Below, one piece after another: positions 62,380-64,000 of a DNA stretch of 64,000 nt. This stretch comes from Candidatus Woesebacteria bacterium GW2011_GWB1_39_12. GTDB taxonomy: Bacteria; Patescibacteriota; Microgenomatia; UBA8517. Location: contig LBWB01000005.1 in the NCBI GenBank assembly GCA_000993405.1, positions 3,698 through 67,697 of the forward strand, given 5' to 3'. Position 1 is the stretch's first letter, and each line of letters begins with the position of its first letter. The notes under the pieces were generated by a model, which saw only the letters and a list, made by a program, of their open reading frames with translations, made no database searches and was not told where the DNA came from. Made by a program: the position numbers and the translations under genes.

Positions 62380-63399
62380 ATGAATATTGATGTTCTTAAG
62401 TCTACCGCCAAAGAACTTGTCGCTCCTGGGAAGGGAATTTTAGCGGCTGACGAAAGCACTGGTTCGATTAAAAAGAGATTTGATGCAGTTAGTGTTGAAT
62501 CAACTCCCGAAAACCACAGAATATATAGACAGCTTATATTTAAGACTGAAGGAATCGAGGAATATATCTCTGGAGTCATTATGTTTGACGAAACAATTCG
62601 TCAGTTGACCGACGATGGAGTTCCATTCCCTAAATCTTTGCAAGATAGAGGTATTATTCCCGGAATAAAAGTTGATACTGGTGCAAAAGATATGGCGAAT
62701 TTCCCGGGAGAAAAAATTACGGAAGGCCTTGATGGACTTCGCGAAAGACTTACCGAATATAAAGAAATGGGCGCACGATTCACAAAATGGAGAGCTGTTA
62801 TTGCAATCGGTGATGTTATACCGATTAAGACTTGTATCGAATCAAATGCCGAAGCTTTGGCGCGTTTTGCAGCTCTTTCTCAAGAGGCCGATCTTGTGCC
62901 AATAGTTGAACCCGAAGTTTTAATGGATGGAAACCATGATATTAAAAAAAGTGAGGAAGTTACTTACAAGACATTGAAATCGGTTTTTGCCAAGCTATCT
63001 GAACATAGAGTTGATTTCTCGGGAATGTTATTAAAGCCTAATTGGATTCATCCTGGAAAAGAAAGTGGTCAGGAGGCTGTCGATGATGAAATTGCAGAGA
63101 CAACTCTTCGCGTATTTAAAGATGTGATTCCTGTCGAGGTCCAGGGAATAGTTTTTCTTTCAGGAGGAGATTCACCCGAAGAATCAACGGGTCACCTTAA
63201 TGCATTGAATAAAATGGGGGACGCGCCGTGGCAGATATCGTTTTCCTTTGGAAGAGCCCTTCAAAAACCCGTGTTAGAAAAATGGGGAGGGAAAAGTGAA
63301 AATGTTGAGAATGCACAGAAAGAATTTTATAAAAGAGCTAAACTTAATTCATTAGCAAGAAGTGGAAAGTATGAGAAGGAGATGGAGAAAGAGGATTAA
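62380..63399 (+). CDS. fba: Fructose-bisphosphate aldolase, class I (Schiff-base, eukaryote-type)
   Basis: 339 aa. GKGILAADESTGSIKKRF, IVFLSGGDSPEEST and LLKPNW are near-identical to class I aldolase signatures. Confidence 0.85.
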   Translation: MNIDVLKSTAKELVAPGKGILAADESTGSIKKRFDAVSVESTPENHRIYRQLIFKTEGIEEYISGVIMFDETIRQLTDDGVPFPKSLQDRGIIPGIKVDTGAKDMANFPGEKITEGLDGLRERLTEYKEMGARFTKWRAVIAIGDVIPIKTCIESNAEALARFAALSQEADLVPIVEPEVLMDGNHDIKKSEEVTYKTLKSVFAKLSEHRVDFSGMLLKPNWIHPGKESGQEAVDDEIAETTLRVFKDVIPVEVQGIVFLSGGDSPEESTGHLNALNKMGDAPWQISFSFGRALQKPVLEKWGGKSENVENAQKEFYKRAKLNSLARSGKYEKEMEKED

Positions 63400-63464
63400 T
63401 AGCTAGATGGTTATATGGTTAAATTGTTATATTGTTAACTGTTTTGCCATTTAGCAATATAGCC

Positions 63465-64000
63465 ATGCAGCAATTAGAATTATTATCAGTAGGTGACGTT
63501 ACTTGGGACGTGTTTTTGTCTCCTACGGAGTCGGAAGCTTTGTGTACGCTCAAGGAAAGGGAGTGTTATATATGTTTTACATTTGGAGAAAAGATTCCCG
63601 TAAAATCCATAGATTATTCTTTGGGTGGTAATGCGGCCAATAACGTAGTTGGAGCAAGACGCTTGGGGGTAAGATCTGGTCTGGTTACAACTTTGGGAGG
63701 AGATAGTACGGGTAATCTAATTGTCGAAAGACTAGAAAAAGAAGGGGTGGATATGGATTATGTTATTCAACAACCCATGGCAGGATCAAATTTTTCGACA
63801 GTCATAAACTATGCTGGCGAACGAACGATATTTACTTATCACGCACCCCGTTCTTATGAATTTCCAGTCCATCTTCCGGTAACTCCTTGGGTTTATCTAA
63901 CTTCCATGGGGGAAGCATTCCAGCCTTTTTACAATCACTTTGTGGATTTTATACATAAAAATTCCACCATAAAACTTGCTTTCAACCCGGGAAGTAGACA
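63465..64000 (+). CDS. PfkB-family carbohydrate kinase (ribokinase/fructokinase-like), N-terminal part; continues beyond window
   Basis: ATG at 63465. LLSVGDVTWDVFL...LGGNAANNVVGARRLGVRSGLVTTLG is the PfkB N-terminal signature. Confidence 0.7.
   Translation, partial: MQQLELLSVGDVTWDVFLSPTESEALCTLKERECYICFTFGEKIPVKSIDYSLGGNAANNVVGARRLGVRSGLVTTLGGDSTGNLIVERLEKEGVDMDYVIQQPMAGSNFSTVINYAGERTIFTYHAPRSYEFPVHLPVTPWVYLTSMGEAFQPFYNHFVDFIHKNSTIKLAFNPGSR

Overview
This is a 64 kb, gene-dense, low-GC bacterial window. The gene content suggests a CPR/Patescibacteria-like (Microgenomates-type) genome; that is inference, not a database result. Supporting signs are a split transketolase, an archaeal-type triosephosphate isomerase, a class I (eukaryote-type) fructose-bisphosphate aldolase, a short phosphoglycerate kinase, a 'four helix bundle' protein and many TrbC/VirB2-like pilin paralogs.

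Layout, left to right:
- 1-7.7 kb: a minus-strand extracellular locus. It holds a phosphodiester glycosidase, a secreted Cys-rich protein and eight tandem pilin-like paralogs (ITSGGDP motif), three of them fused to cysteine-rich domains. A plus-strand SpoIID/LytB-domain protein follows.
- 7.9-15.2 kb: a YdbS-like PH-domain membrane protein, a PP2C-like/beta-propeller membrane protein, tmRNA next to smpB, comF, a tRNA cluster (three tRNA-Ser, one tRNA-Arg plus a degenerate tRNA-like duplicate) and tandem NUDIX proteins.
- 15.3-26.5 kb: a cell-envelope glycopolymer cluster (methyltransferase, LtaS-like sulfatase-family transferase, two large polytopic membrane proteins). Then dnaG, a frameshifted rpoD lacking region 1.2, and an LCP-family gene.
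- 26.5-38.5 kb: a mixed accessory stretch with a VOC protein, cupins, an AbiEii-type nucleotidyltransferase toxin pair, an ATP-grasp protein, a DEAD-box helicase, a 2-hydroxyacid dehydrogenase and an ICMT-family methyltransferase.
- 38.6-47.8 kb: a putative integrated element ending in a large serine recombinase whose 3' end overlaps tRNA-Asn. It carries an excisionase-like HTH gene, a 1134-aa alpha-helical protein with a C-terminal RNx3H (HEPN-like) motif, a protein with an OmpR-type winged-helix domain and several small proteins.
- 47.8-64 kb: an HNH endonuclease, an ECF-S-like/DUF4430 pair behind a GC-rich structured leader, a VIT-family transporter, a cupredoxin, and a central-carbon/pentose-phosphate cluster (grx, tpi, rpiB, pgk, gap, rpe, split tkt, class I fba, pfkB kinase).

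Short degenerate 6-7-nt tandem repeat arrays recur across the window. One is an in-frame insertion in the transketolase C-terminal subunit.
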